Origin: the human T2T-CHM13v2.0 reference genome, Homo sapiens
Assembly (NCBI RefSeq): GCF_009914755.1
Contig: NC_060925.1
Reading direction: 5' to 3' (one strand)
Length of the DNA: 64,000 nt
A program made the translations under genes and the position numbers. A model generated the notes under the pieces. The model saw only the letters and a program-made list of their open reading frames with translations. It ran no database searches and was not told where the DNA came from. Below are positions 19,732 through 35,114 of the stretch, piece after piece. Position 1 is the stretch's first letter; each line of letters opens with the position of its first letter.

Positions 19732-21869
19732 AGTACTCCAGCAAAAATACAAAGTAGAAAAAACTCAAAGAAATAGGCATGGTGTCCCTAGTCCTTAAAA
19801 TGGCTCTAAGGAAAGAAGGTATGACAGTGTAGCAAAGAATTCTGACCTGAAAACATTTACTTTCACTAAGCACAGTACATTTCCACCTATGTCCCTCCAT
19901 TCATTAATCTCATTTCCCAAAAAGCAACAGGCTACTGAAAAAATCCACAATGTATCTCTGATCTCTTCCTCATGATATACAAGAGCAAAGGGAGAAAAGA
20001 AAAAAGAAAATATATCTTCTGATTTGATTGAACTGAACATGGGATCAATAAGTCAGAAGAGATGGAATAATTTTTCAACATCAAAAAAGAAATCTGGTCA
20101 AAGTGTCTCACATCTGTATTCCCAACTTGGAGAGACTGAGGCAAGGCTTGCTTGAGACCAGGAGATCAAGATCAGCATGGGCAACATAGCAAGGCATCTG
20201 TCTCTACAAAAAAATTTAAAAATTAACCGCGCATGGTGGCAAGGCACCTGTAGTCCCAGCTATTCGGGAGGCTGATCGTGAGAGGATCACTTGAGCCCCT
20301 GAGGTGGAGGCTGCCGTGAGCAGTGATCTTGCCACTGCACTCCAGACTGGGCGACAGAGCAAGGAGCAAGACCCTGTAGCAAAAGAAAAAGAGGGGAGAG
20401 GGGACAGGAGAGAGGGGAGAGGAGAAAGGAAAACAAAGAAAAAGAAAAAGGAAATCTAAAAATTGCAGAAGCAAGCAGCCAAAGCATAGTAAACAAAGCT
20501 GTTTCATTAACAAGGATTCTGCACACACACATACACACTAACATATGCTATTTTCTGCTAAGATTTAAGCTGATATTGATCAGCTTATGAAAATATGGTC
20601 AAGAGGCTGTCATTCTGGTTGCTGTTGTTCAAAAAACAAAACAAAATAAAGCAACCCCACCCACACAGCTGGAAAAAAGCTTCTGACATATGAACTAAAA
20701 CTTGTTTACCCAGGCCACTTCTTAATAAGAGAAATGCTTTGCAATTTAACTAGGGTTATATAAGTATTTTGCAATGTGTGATCAGTTAAAAATCTTGTTT
20801 ATTTATTCCATAGTTCACAGATAGGTTATATTACTACAAGGTCAGGTTTGACATAACGGCATTTTTCCTGTTTTATAGTTTTATTCTATCACTCAGCACT
20901 TCCTGCAATGTAATTTTTGCGATTAATTTTACCTCCCTTTCCTTCAAAAAAAATTTAAAAGATTAAAAAAAAATGACGTGACAAATTAACCATTTCTTAA
21001 AATAGCTATTCCCAGAAACACGGTAGAAAAGAAATTTCAGTGATTCAACTGTCCTATCAAAATCTGGATATTGCAAAATCATACTGCCTTTCAGTAACAT
21101 GAAAAAAAATCTAATTTAAATTTCAACGTGGGGATGGGGGTAATCACTCCTACTGTTTTATTTTCAAGAAATTCTCCGCCCCACGCAACACACACACACA
21201 TATCTCAAGGCCCTTTTTAAGGCTATCAAATATATTGGTTTTTGGAAAAGGATAGACTTTATTTGGCAAGAATAACCAAGGTCTCCAAGATAAACTAGAC
21301 CCCTAAAATGAAATGCCTTCTAAAGAGGAATAACTGTAACATAGAGGAAAGAGGGCTGGGACTAGTAATTTGAAGATCTGATCTCTCTAGAACTGCACTA
21401 CACCCTACTCCATCTCTTAGACAAAACAGACCAAACCTTTTTGATATTTGATTATTTTTTGAAATTGAGAAATGGTGTGGAATCAAACTTTTCTGAAAGA
21501 GTTTGGAAATTGCCTCGACGTAGGCCTAACAAGATTTAAACCTGGGGCTGTGGAACTAAAGACCTGTCCGGAACCATAACCATTACACAAACCCCTGCCC
21601 TCAGCAGGCAAAGACCTACAGGCCCTCTTAACACAAGATCTAAGTTTCAAAGTATAGTCCGGGGACGGAGACGGGGACGGGGGTTGCGGGTGGGAGGTAA
21701 CAGCCTAAAGAAACGTCGTATATATCAAAGAATGTCCATTTTTTATTTTTTAAATTAAAATCTAAACCTTTAAATGTTTGGAAGCAACGCCTCAACTAAA
21801 GAGCAGTGTGGTCCAGGGTTTATGAATCCAAACTACTCTTAAAGTAAACCGAGACACTCTGCCTACAGT

Positions 21870-22640
21870 TTTCGGCATCAAGCGGCTCCAGCGGGCAGAG
21901 GGTTAAAAGAGGACCACATCACAGACCAGACGCCGACCGAGGAGTGAGGGCGGGCCAGCCCCGCACTGGCTGCCGCTCCAACGGAGGTCAGGACAGGGAG
22001 CCCCCCTCAACTCCCACCTGCCCCCTCGCTCCCTTGGGTATACTCGAGTCTACCCAAGTCCCCGGGATCGGGCCCCTCCCCAGGTCACCGCTCCCCCACC
22101 GTCTCTCGCGGCCCCCGCCCCGCCCCGGCGCCTTCAGCTCCAGCTGCGTCCCCTCAGCCCTGGGTCTCCTTAGTTGTCAGCCCCTTCGGCCCCTCCCCTT
22201 TAGAGGCGCCCCAGTCCTCCGTCTCCTCACCGGGGTTGGCAGTAGTCGCCGCCATGGCCGCAGATGCCACCGCCGCCGCGCCACCCCCCCCCCAGTGGGA
22301 GGAGCCGCCGCCACCGAACCGGGAGGGAGGGGAAAAGAAAGGCCACTCCCCAGAAGCGGCGCCTGACCGCCGCCTCCGCTACCGCGGAATCCAAGATGGC
22401 GGCTTCAGCAGCCCCCAGCATCCCAGCCCCTGCGGCGGGGAGACCCCGCCTATATAGTAGGCGGAGTCAACACACGGCCAGCCTCCTAAGAAAAATTGAC
22501 CAATGAAAATGCCAAATCGTCCAAGGGCAGGGCTACTCACTGCGCCAGCCAGTCCAGTGAAGGGAGGGCGAGGAAGAAGTCCAGCTGTCTCCCTAATCTC
22601 GCCCTCCTTGCGTAAGAGGTCAATGACCGAGTAACGTCAT
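21870..22640 (-). promoter_or_regulatory. ARNT: ARNT CpG-island promoter and 5' UTR
   Basis: Only strongly CpG-rich non-Alu stretch in the window, spanning exon 1. Contains a perfect YY1-type motif CAAGATGGCGGC (22392-22403), GC boxes flanking TATATA (22451-22456) and CCAAT at about 22500. Confidence 0.9.
22231..22255 (-). CDS. ARNT: ARNT (aryl hydrocarbon receptor nuclear translocator / HIF-1beta) coding part of exon 1, MAATTANP+G
   Basis: Minus strand reads GCC ATG GCG GCG ACT ACT GCC AAC CCC G|GTGAG: strong Kozak context and canonical donor. Splicing to 4135 gives [46 protein letters not shown], the known ARNT N-terminus. Confidence 0.97.
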
Positions 22641-22788
22641 TGAAATGCAATTAAAATGGGTATTTTAGGCTGGGCGCGGTGGCTCGCGTCTGTAATCCCA
22701 GCACTTTGGGAGGCCGAGGCGGCCGGATCACCTGTGGCCAGGGGTTCGAAACCAGCCTGGCCAACATGGCGAAACCCCGTCTCTACTA

Positions 22789-22947
<159 letters not shown>

Positions 22948-23265
22948 TCAAAAAAAAAAAAAAGGATATTTTACTAAAAACCTTCGCTTGGTGGTGGATT
23001 CGTCTGAGTGGTTGCCGTGCAGACAATGTATCTTGTAAATCCTCTTTAGGTGCTAAAGAGCACCTAAACTTCACATGGTGATTTGTAATCCTTTCCAGTT
23101 TTTTTCCTCTTTTAAGGACTTTTGTCCCTGGTGAAAAAGTTAAATGACTAACTTTTGAATGCCTGCTATGGAACCGGTAGTCTAAAAGGATCCAGGTGTT
23201 AACGGTTTGGTATGGGAGATATTGCCAGCCAAAATTGGAGGCAATGGATGAAGAAAGTAATTTGA

Positions 23266-23624
<359 letters not shown>

Positions 23625-23630
23625 TAATAG

Positions 23631-23939
<309 letters not shown>

Positions 23940-24449
23940 TAGGTTCTACTGCTATTTCCATTTTGCAATTAAGGAAACAGAAACAAAGAGGGTAAGCAAG
24001 GGACATCCAGCAGGTAAGTAATGTGGGAGGCAAACTAAAGGAGTCTGACACTGGAAACCTGTTCCACCCATCCCCCTATTTTAGCACTACAATTTTAGCA
24101 CTACAAAGTACTTCCTTTTCATGTATCGCTCACAAAATGTTTAATACAAATTTAATTAAAATTTTAACAAAAATCCCATTATGCTATTGAACAGCTTTGC
24201 ATTCTTAGAAGTTGTATATGTACTGCGCAGATTACATTGATCCACTTATTTAGTTTACTGCAAAGGTATTTTAACATAATTTACATATTATTGTTTACAT
24301 CTGTTAAAATTTCATTTTTCTTTCATTTTGTTGTTATATTTATAAGTCACCAAAAAGAAAAAAATCATCCACCCAAAAGAAATACATTGGCTGGGCTGGG
24401 CGGGGTGGCTGTAATCCCAGCACTTTGGGAGGCCAAGGAGGGCGGATCA

Positions 24450-24779
<330 letters not shown>

Positions 24780-25460
24780 TCAAGTTACATTTCTGTAGAA
24801 AAAAATTGGTAGAAATCATTTTGTTATAGAGCTGCTTACACAACTAGCTACAAAGTTAATAACATATTCTGTTTGGAGACAGTGCAACAAAGCTGGCTGG
24901 GTGCAGTGGCTCACGCCTGTAATTCCAGCACTTTGGGAGGTCAAGGCAGGAGGATCATCTGAGATCAGAAGTTCAAGACCAGCCTGGCCAATATGGTGAA
25001 ACCCCATCTCTACTAAAAATACAAAAATGAGCTGGGCGTGTTGGCACACGCCTGTAGTCCTAGCTACTCAGGAGGCTGAGGCAGGAGAGTCGCTTGAACC
25101 TGGAAGGTGGAGGTTGCAGTGAGCTGGGATCGATTGGGCCACTGCACTCCAGCCTGGGTGACAGAGCGAGACTCAATCTAAAAAAAAAAAAAAAAAAAAA
25201 AAAAGTGTAACAAAGCTATTGGCAGAATTCTTTGTCAAATATCACATGGAGTCATGATACACAACATGAAATGGCAATATCTGCCCTGTACCTGCTACCA
25301 GATGTTTGTTTTAAGCGTAGAAACCACTGATATACACAATATGAATCCGCTTACAGCATATAGGCAATACATAAGGAGAAATGCCCAGAAACTTCCTGTC
25401 TGGTTTATCATTAAAAATTCAAGATACAAAAGAAAACATTTTTCATTTAGATAAGAATTA

Positions 25461-26287
<827 letters not shown>

Positions 26288-26884
26288 TAGTCCTAGCTAA
26301 TCTAGAGGCTGAGGAGGGACGATCACTTGAGCCCAGGAGTTTGAGGCCAACCTGGGAAACATAGCAAGGCCTCATTTCTAAAAAAAAAATTTCTCCTGAT
26401 TTTGATTCGACATTGAACAAATTAGCACAAACCATAAATGTAGTAAAATATCATCCAGTGAGCACAATCTTTGAGAAGAAACAGATAAATTGGTGCTTTC
26501 TCCACAGTTAAGTATGGAGGCCAGTAAGGGGGGGAAATGCTGTCAGTTTTTAATAAGGATTGAAGTGAAAATCTCTTCTTTATGATATAGATAATACTAA
26601 CATAAACCATTTTTATTATTTTAAGTAGGATTTAAGTAGGTTTCTCAAATGGTTCATCTGAGCAATATTTTCATTAACATGAACATATTACTTTAACTTC
26701 TAAATGTCATGGTTTGGAGTTTTGTTTTTGTTTTAGAGATAGAGTCTCACTCTTTCACCCAGGCTAGAGTGCAGTGGCACCATCATTGCTCACTGGAACC
26801 TCGAACTCCTGGCCTTAAGCCATTCTCCCACCTCAGCCTCCCAAAGCACAGGGATTATAGCCATAAGCCACCACACTCAGCCTG

Positions 26885-27415
26885 TTTTTGCTTTTTAGTT
26901 CATGCCTTTTATTAACCCATCTCGTCTTCTGGTTTGTTGAAACAGTAAGTCAGACAACATTTGCCACAATAATGTCTTTCAAAGTGGCTGGCCATAAAAA
27001 CTCCAGCACCACACTCACCTGAAGGGCACTCACAACAAAGGCAACTAGTTTTGCCATTCTTGTCCACCTTGTAATATTTTAGGACCGTTAGCTTAACCTT
27101 CTTTCTCTTATGCGTATTCTTCTTGGGAGTGGTGTAATACTTCTTCCTTGGCACCACCACAAAGTCTCAGCACAATAAGAAGAGTGGACTCCTTTTGAAT
27201 GCTGTCATCAAAGTACATCCATCTTCCAATTGCTTACCAGCAAAGATCACTCTGCTGATGAGTAGGAATTCCTTTCTTATCCTGCCAGGACTTTACATTT
27301 TGTATTGTATTAGAGAGTTCAACCAATGAACCCCAACAAATAAGAGAGTGATGTCTTCCCCATTACAAAAATCTGCATCTTGGTAGCAGTTCTCCTGCAG
27401 ATGGTGGATCACAAA
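26885..27415 (-). pseudogene. RPS27AP6: Processed pseudogene of RPS27A (ubiquitin-eS31 fusion)
   Basis: Minus strand ATG CAG ATT TTT GTA (MQIFV) at 27378, a decayed ubiquitin with indels, LRLCGG, then a frameshift and the eS31 tail (...[13 protein letters not shown]...[17 protein letters not shown]). Intronless, with AATAAA at 26908-26913 and an A-rich remnant. The numeric suffix is from recall. Confidence 0.93.
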
Positions 27416-28141
27416 GCAAACATTTTTAATGTTAAGAACAAAGTATCAGGATTTTGTAAGAAAAGCAGACTATGATGCAAATGCCTTGACTGCCAAGAGT
27501 ATTTTATTTCCCAACACATGATAATTTTCTTTCTTCATCAGAGGAAAAAAATGAATGACACATTATTGAACATATTCTAAACCACATCCAAATGTTGCAA
27601 CCAAATGGGGGTAAATGCTTCCCAGAGCTGAATGCAGCCAATGCAACTGAATACAACTCCTGCCCTCTCTCAAGTTGAAGCATTTGACTTTTGAGGTTAC
27701 TCTTTGCTCTTCTGCTTAGAATCTGACAAACCACTGAATGCTTTCACTAGAAATTCTCCAATAGATCCTTGTAAGCTCCAACTATTCAGAATTATCTGGT
27801 AGCCATCAAACATTTCTTGCCATATCTGACAAACTCACTGTAAATACAGATTTTCTAATTTTAGTAGAAATAAAAATTAACAGATCAGATCAGGATGCCA
27901 GTTGGCAAATTTTAAAAAATTAAGAAATCTGTTGACTGTGAAGCCTGATCTACATGTTTTTATACACATTTTCAGCTTATCAATATTTAACCATTACTAA
28001 TACTATTACTATTATGTTTATATTAATTTGTAAATTAATAGAAAATTACAGTTTTTTTCTGTTAACTCTTATGGTAAACTGGTTTTTTTAATTATTTAGA
28101 ATGGTAGTTTTTAAATTGTTTTTTGTTTTTGTTTGTTTTTT

Positions 28142-28224
28142 AAGACCAGTCAAGTGAAGGAACAAAGAAATCTGTAACTGATTGGGATCAATTAGTTGTA
28201 AACACCAAGGCACTCAGACCAGCC
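28142..28224 (-). pseudogene. Y3 RNA (RNY3) retro-pseudogene with an internal deletion
   Basis: Minus strand GGCTGGTCTGAGTGCCTTGGTGTTTACAACTAATTGATCCCAATCAGTTACAGATTTCTTTGTTCCTTCACTTGACTGGTCTT matches hY3 and is followed by an A-rich tail (28117-28140). Confidence 0.9.
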
Positions 28225-28303
28225 TCCAAAGTTTTATTAAGTGTCTCTGGGTATGGTTGCCAGATTTAGCAAATAAAAATAAAGCTAAGCCAGTTTGATC
28301 TGA

Positions 28304-28546
<243 letters not shown>

Positions 28547-28765
28547 TGATCCACCCACCTCGGCCTCCCAAAGTGCTGGGATTACAGGCGTGAGCCACGA
28601 CGCCCAGCCTACGAGCACATCTAAGGAATGGAAACCAGATTGCAAGTGGGTGAGAAGTGAGTAGAAACTAAGTAGACACAGTTAGTTAGCACAGATTATT
28701 TTTTCAAGAAACATGACAAAGAAGAGAAAAATAATCAAATGGTAGCTGCGGTAGGGGTTAGGCTA

Positions 28766-28972
<207 letters not shown>

Positions 28973-28987
28973 CTAGGCGTGGTGTTA

Positions 28988-29200
<213 letters not shown>

Positions 29201-30422
29201 TTAGGGCAGCATGTGAAAGTGTTCTCAGAAAACCAAGATACCCTTTTTCTAAAAATGTGTAGACATTTTGAAGTGGAGGAAAGGGAACTCATGTGTGATG
29301 ACTTTGAGTCTCAAAGAAAAGTAACAGGTGAAACTTCTGCTGGGAATAAGAGGTAGAAATGAGGTTGGGTGTAGCTGCACAGCTGTAAGCAATTGGTTGG
29401 GAAGTCAACTAGGTATGAACAAAACGACTGTGAATAATCTGCCACAGGAGTAGAAAAAGGAAACAAAAAAAGATCACCAAATGCTCTGGGGAGCTAGACA
29501 AAGTTAGAAAGCATAAATTTTCATGAAACTATGGAGCATTGTAATTTCTGTCAATACTCAGAAACCTGAGGAAAGAAAGTGAACAGTTTACCCACAATTG
29601 GAGAGATGATGAACTGATCAGTATCTTGAAGATGGAAGATTCTAGAATTGCAGAAGACCCTAGTTTAAAAATATCTGAAAGGGGATGAGACTGGTCTGGG
29701 AAGCAAATGAAGCCAGAAGTTATTGGACTGAGAAGAGAGGTTTAATTCTGGAAGCTGATGTTGATAGCAAATTCAAAAGTGAGAGAGTTGGAGTCAGAGG
29801 ATAGGCACTGGGAACCACATGTATCACAAAAAGTTATTAATAAGTAAAAAATGTGTAAAAATGTATCTGTGTGTACTTATGTTTGTAGATAGATATACAT
29901 TTTCAAATCAATAAGTAAAAGGTTAATAGCTCAGTCAAAAGGGAAAAGGATAGGTAAGGTGAAGATAGGTTTGTATGTATCTGCAAAATATGTAAATCAA
30001 TAGAGATTCAAATACTATAGTAATTAGAGAAATGCAATCTTTAAAAAACTGAGATATTGGGCCAGGCGCAGTGGCTCACACCTGTAATCCCAGCACTTTG
30101 GGAGGCCGAGGCGGGCAGATCATGAGGTCAGGAGTTCGAGAAAAGCCTGACCAACATGGTGAAACCTCGTCTCTACTAAAAATACAAAAATTAGCCGGGC
30201 ATGGTGGCGTGCGCCTGTAATCCCAGTTACTCAGGAAGCTGAGGCAGGAGAATCACTTGAACCCCAGAGGCGGAGGTTGCAGTGAGCCGAGATCACACCA
30301 CTGCACTCCAGGCTGGGCGACAGAGCAAGACGCTGTGTCAAAAAATCAAAAACAAAACAAAACAAAACAAAAAAGATATTGTGGGGTTTTTTTGTTTTTG
30401 TTTTTGTTTTTGTTTTTCTTGA

Positions 30423-30590
<168 letters not shown>

Positions 30591-31030
30591 TAGTAGAGAC
30601 AGGGTTTCACCATGTTGGTCAGGTTGGTCTCGAACTCCTGACCTCAGGTAATCCACCCGCCTCGGCCTCCCAAAGTGCTAGGATTACAGGCGTTAGCCAC
30701 CGTTCCCAGCCTAAAAACTGAGATATTGTTTTTAACCAATTAGCTCAACAAATATTTCAGAGACTCTGAGTAACTTACATTGGTGAAGCTATGAAAAAAA
30801 AGAAAAGGCACTTTCATGCCTATTTGATTGGAGTGTAAATTACTATAACCGTTTAGTGTGTAATTTGGTAATATCTATTAAAATTCCAAATGTGCATATC
30901 CTACAACCTAGCATGTATATTTTTAATATTTGGAGGAATTTATTCCACAAAAACATTTCCACAAGTGCCCAGAGAAATATATATACAAGGCTGTCACTCC
31001 AGCCTGGGTGACAGAGTGAGACTCTATCTC

Positions 31031-31033
31031 AAA

Positions 31034-31092
<59 letters not shown>

Positions 31093-31141
31093 GTATATAT
31101 ATGTATGTATGTATATATGTGTATGTATATATACACACACA
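31031..31141. repeat. Poly(A) followed by a compound (TA)n/(TATG)n/(CA)n repeat
   Basis: Seen directly after a truncated Alu 3' end. Confidence 0.9.
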
Positions 31142-31448
31142 AACACGGATATTTATTGCAATGTTGCTATAAGAAATTTGAAACAATACAAAAGCCCACC
31201 AACAGAGAAAATGGACTACTTGAGTACTCAGCAGCCATTAAAAAGAATAAAGCAGATTTTTTTTTTTTTTTTTTTGATATGGAGTCTGGCTCCGTCGCCC
31301 AGGCTGGAGTGCAGTGGCACCATCTCGGCTCACTGCAACCTCTGCCTCCCAAGTAGCTGGGACCACAGGCGCACACCAACATACCTGGCCAATTTTTGTA
31401 TTTTTAGTAGAGACGGGGTTTTGTAATGTTGGCCAGGCTGGTCTCTAA

Positions 31449-31757
<309 letters not shown>

Positions 31758-31936
31758 TAGCCAGGATGGTCTCGATTTCCTGACCTCGTGATCCGCCTGC
31801 CGCAGCCTCCCAAAGTGCTGGGATTACAAGCGTGAGCCACCGCGCCCGGCCTGACTTTTTAAATCAAATGTGTCAAGTAAATTCTTCTGAGGAAAGAGGG
31901 GAAAACATTTTAAAGCATCACTAATCCTGTTGACAA

Positions 31937-32155
31937 GTAGTTCCCAAACTTAAGCATACATCACAATCACCTAGAGAAGCTGGTTAAAACACAAATGCCA
32001 CAGGAAGTGGTGGTGCATGCCTGTAGTCCCGGCTACTGGGGAGGCTGAGGCAGGAGGATCACTTGAGCCCAGGAGTTTGAGGCTGTAGTGCACTGTGATT
32101 CACCTATGAATAGCCACTGCACTCCAGCCTGGGCAACATAGACCCCATCTCTTAA

Positions 32156-32210
<55 letters not shown>

Positions 32211-32295
32211 CCAACACCCCCAAAATTTCTTATTCATTAGGACCAGGATAAGGGTCCAAGAGTTTGCATTTCTAGCAAGTCCCTGGGAGATGCTG
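31937..32295. mobile_element. MER5A-like hAT element split by a fossil Alu monomer (FAM-like) with a (CA)n tail
   Basis: CAAACTT...AATCACCT and TTTGCATTTCTAGCAAGTCCC halves flank a monomer containing TGAATAGCCACTGCACTCCAG. Confidence 0.7.
32158..32207. repeat. (CA)n microsatellite, about 24 units
   Basis: Uninterrupted CA run. Confidence 0.95.
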
Positions 32296-32809
32296 TAATT
32301 CAGAGACCTGTTGCATAGACCAAAAAGTTGGCTACCAATCCATCCTCTACCACTCATGTGATCCTACTTAGAAGTTTTTACCTGAGGCGGGGCGTAGTGG
32401 CTCACGCCTGTAATCCCAGCACTTTGGGAGGCTGAGAGGGGTGGAACACAAGGTCAGGAGTTTGAGACCAGCCTGGCCAATATGGTGAAACCCCATCTCT
32501 ACTAAAAATACAAAAATTAGCTGGGCATGGTGGCATGCACCTGTAGTCCCAGCTACTTGGAGGCTGAGGCAGAAGATCTCTTGAACCCGGGAGGCAGAGG
32601 TTGCAGTGAGCCAAGATTGCACCACTGCACTCCAGCCTGGGCAACAGAGCGAGACACCATCTCAAAAAAAAAAAAAGAAAAGAAAGAAATTTTTACCTGA
32701 GCTTTTAATGGTGGCTGTCCTGGCCCTGGCAGAGTTGTGGAAATATTCCTCCACTGATCTAGGCTCCAATTTAATCTAGTGGGATCATTTTCTCAGTATG
32801 GGAGTGTCT

Positions 32810-33009
32810 GAAACTTGATCCTGTTTCAATTGAACTATTCATGAAGCTTCTGAGTTCAGCGTGGGAGTGGGGAAGGGAGAGAGCTACCAACCACTCTCCT
32901 TTTGTGGGAAGAGGTTGATAAAAACAGAGGCTGCCAAGAGATGTACTTGAGTAGGAGGAGACTGCCCTGGCAACAAGTGAATGTAGCCTTGGATATCCGC
33001 TCTCAGAAG
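32810..33009 (+). other. CTXND2: Candidate non-coding first exon / promoter region of CTXND2
   Basis: Block of unique sequence (about 32700-33120) ending in a strong donor AAG|GTAGGT at 33009/33010. The coding exon at 57913 has an acceptor and needs an upstream exon. The 5' boundary is approximate. Confidence 0.5.
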
Positions 33010-33927
33010 GTAGGTAACTACCCACATTGCCTTCCTGGTGGAGTTTTCACTGGGAGAAATTCCAAGAATTCTTCTGAGTTTAATAGCACCTTGCTATGAA
33101 CTTGGGAAATCGTGGGGAAATGACTGAAGGAAGTAAAGAGCTTTATTATTATTATTATTATTATTTTTAGAGGCAGGATCTTGCTATGTTGCCCAGACTG
33201 AACTCAAACTCCTGGTCTCAAGCAACCCGTCTGTCTCAGCCCAAGACCTTTTTCGTTAGAGCTTTTTACGAGAAGTTAAACTTTCATCTGAGAAGGGATG
33301 TCTTGAGCATAGTCTCTTTTTGAGGAAAGTTGGGGGGACCTCTGATTAGTCCTATTAGCCAGAGAGTGTCTTTGATTTTAAGGATTATAGTAAAAAAAAG
33401 CTACATTATTGTGTTTCTTCACCATCATCTCTCTCTTTGCACTAAACTTATGGCCAGGAGAGAAAAACTGGGTCTTTTTAGTATTTTGGTCTTCTTCAAG
33501 AATGGCAGGTCATTGCAGGTGGGAAGAATGAAGTGATCTGGAAAAGGAACACAGAGAAAGGAAAAGGTAATGGATCTTTCTGGAACTGAAAGTGGAATTG
33601 ATGTTGCCAAGGATTTGTAAATGCCATTATTCTGATTCTTACTTTAGTAGGTCCAAATTTAACATAAACCAATAGCTTCACACCACACCTCCTTTCTCCT
33701 ACTATAATCCCAAGAAGTGCTGCTACTCATCTCAAACAAAACAAGAACCTTAAAAGCCACTTAAAAAAAAATTCTAAGACAGGTATTCCCTTTGGAAAAC
33801 AGATTTTAGCTCTACCATTTTTGAAAGTGTATTTCTCAAGAAAAGCTATTTTGCATAAGAATTAAATTTGTTGTGACTTTTCCCCCCATTTTGAAAACAT
33901 TTTACCTAATTTTTTTTTTTTTTTTGA

Positions 33928-34190
<263 letters not shown>

Positions 34191-34913
34191 TGAGCCACTG
34201 CACCTGGCCCTAATTTTGTATTTTAAATCTTTTATTCTTTCCTTAAAGAGAGACCCCCATGTTGTATAAATTTTAGGCCATACAAAATCTGGATCACTGC
34301 ATATGAAAATGAGTAAAAAATATACATGGCATACTTAGAAACAAAACAGCATTTTCCTTTCTAATAAGAATGTATTTTATTATTTATTTATTTATTTATT
34401 TAGACAGGGGCTTGCTTTGTCACCCAGGCTGGAGTGCAGTGGTGTGATCATGGCTTACTGCATCCTTGACCTCCTGGGCTCAATCGATCCTCTCACATCA
34501 GCCTCCTGAGTAGCTGGGAGGGACTATAGGTGCGTGCCACCACGCCAGGCTAATTTGATTTTGTTTTTGTTTTTTTGTAGAGATGGGGTCTTGCTATGTT
34601 GCCCAGACTGGTCTCGAATTCCTGGGCTCAAGCAATCCACCCGCCTCAGCCTCTCAAAGGGCTGGGATTATAGGAATGAATCACCGTGCCTAGCCGATCT
34701 CACTCTACTTCTGAATTCCAGTCCCACATTTTAGCCTCCTGAGCATATTGTATCAGTGCATTTAAATTCAGCCTACCTCAGACTGATTTCATCCTAGTAC
34801 CTTAAAATATCTGCCACTCCTCTGGGTGCAGTGGCTCACGCCTGTAATCCCAGCACTCTGGGAAGCCGAAGCGGGCGGATCACGAGGTCAGGAGATCGAG
34901 ACCATCCTGGCTA

Positions 34914-35114
<201 letters not shown>

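Noticed and set aside
21944-22506. Plus-strand Pro/Arg/Ala-rich ORFs over the ARNT CpG island
   Set aside because: Expected stop-poor frames in GC-rich DNA antisense to exon 1, with no recognisable domain.
26912-27160. 82-aa eS31-like ORF as a functional gene
   Set aside because: GTG start created by a frameshift, disrupted ubiquitin moiety and lost native stop: a pseudogene.
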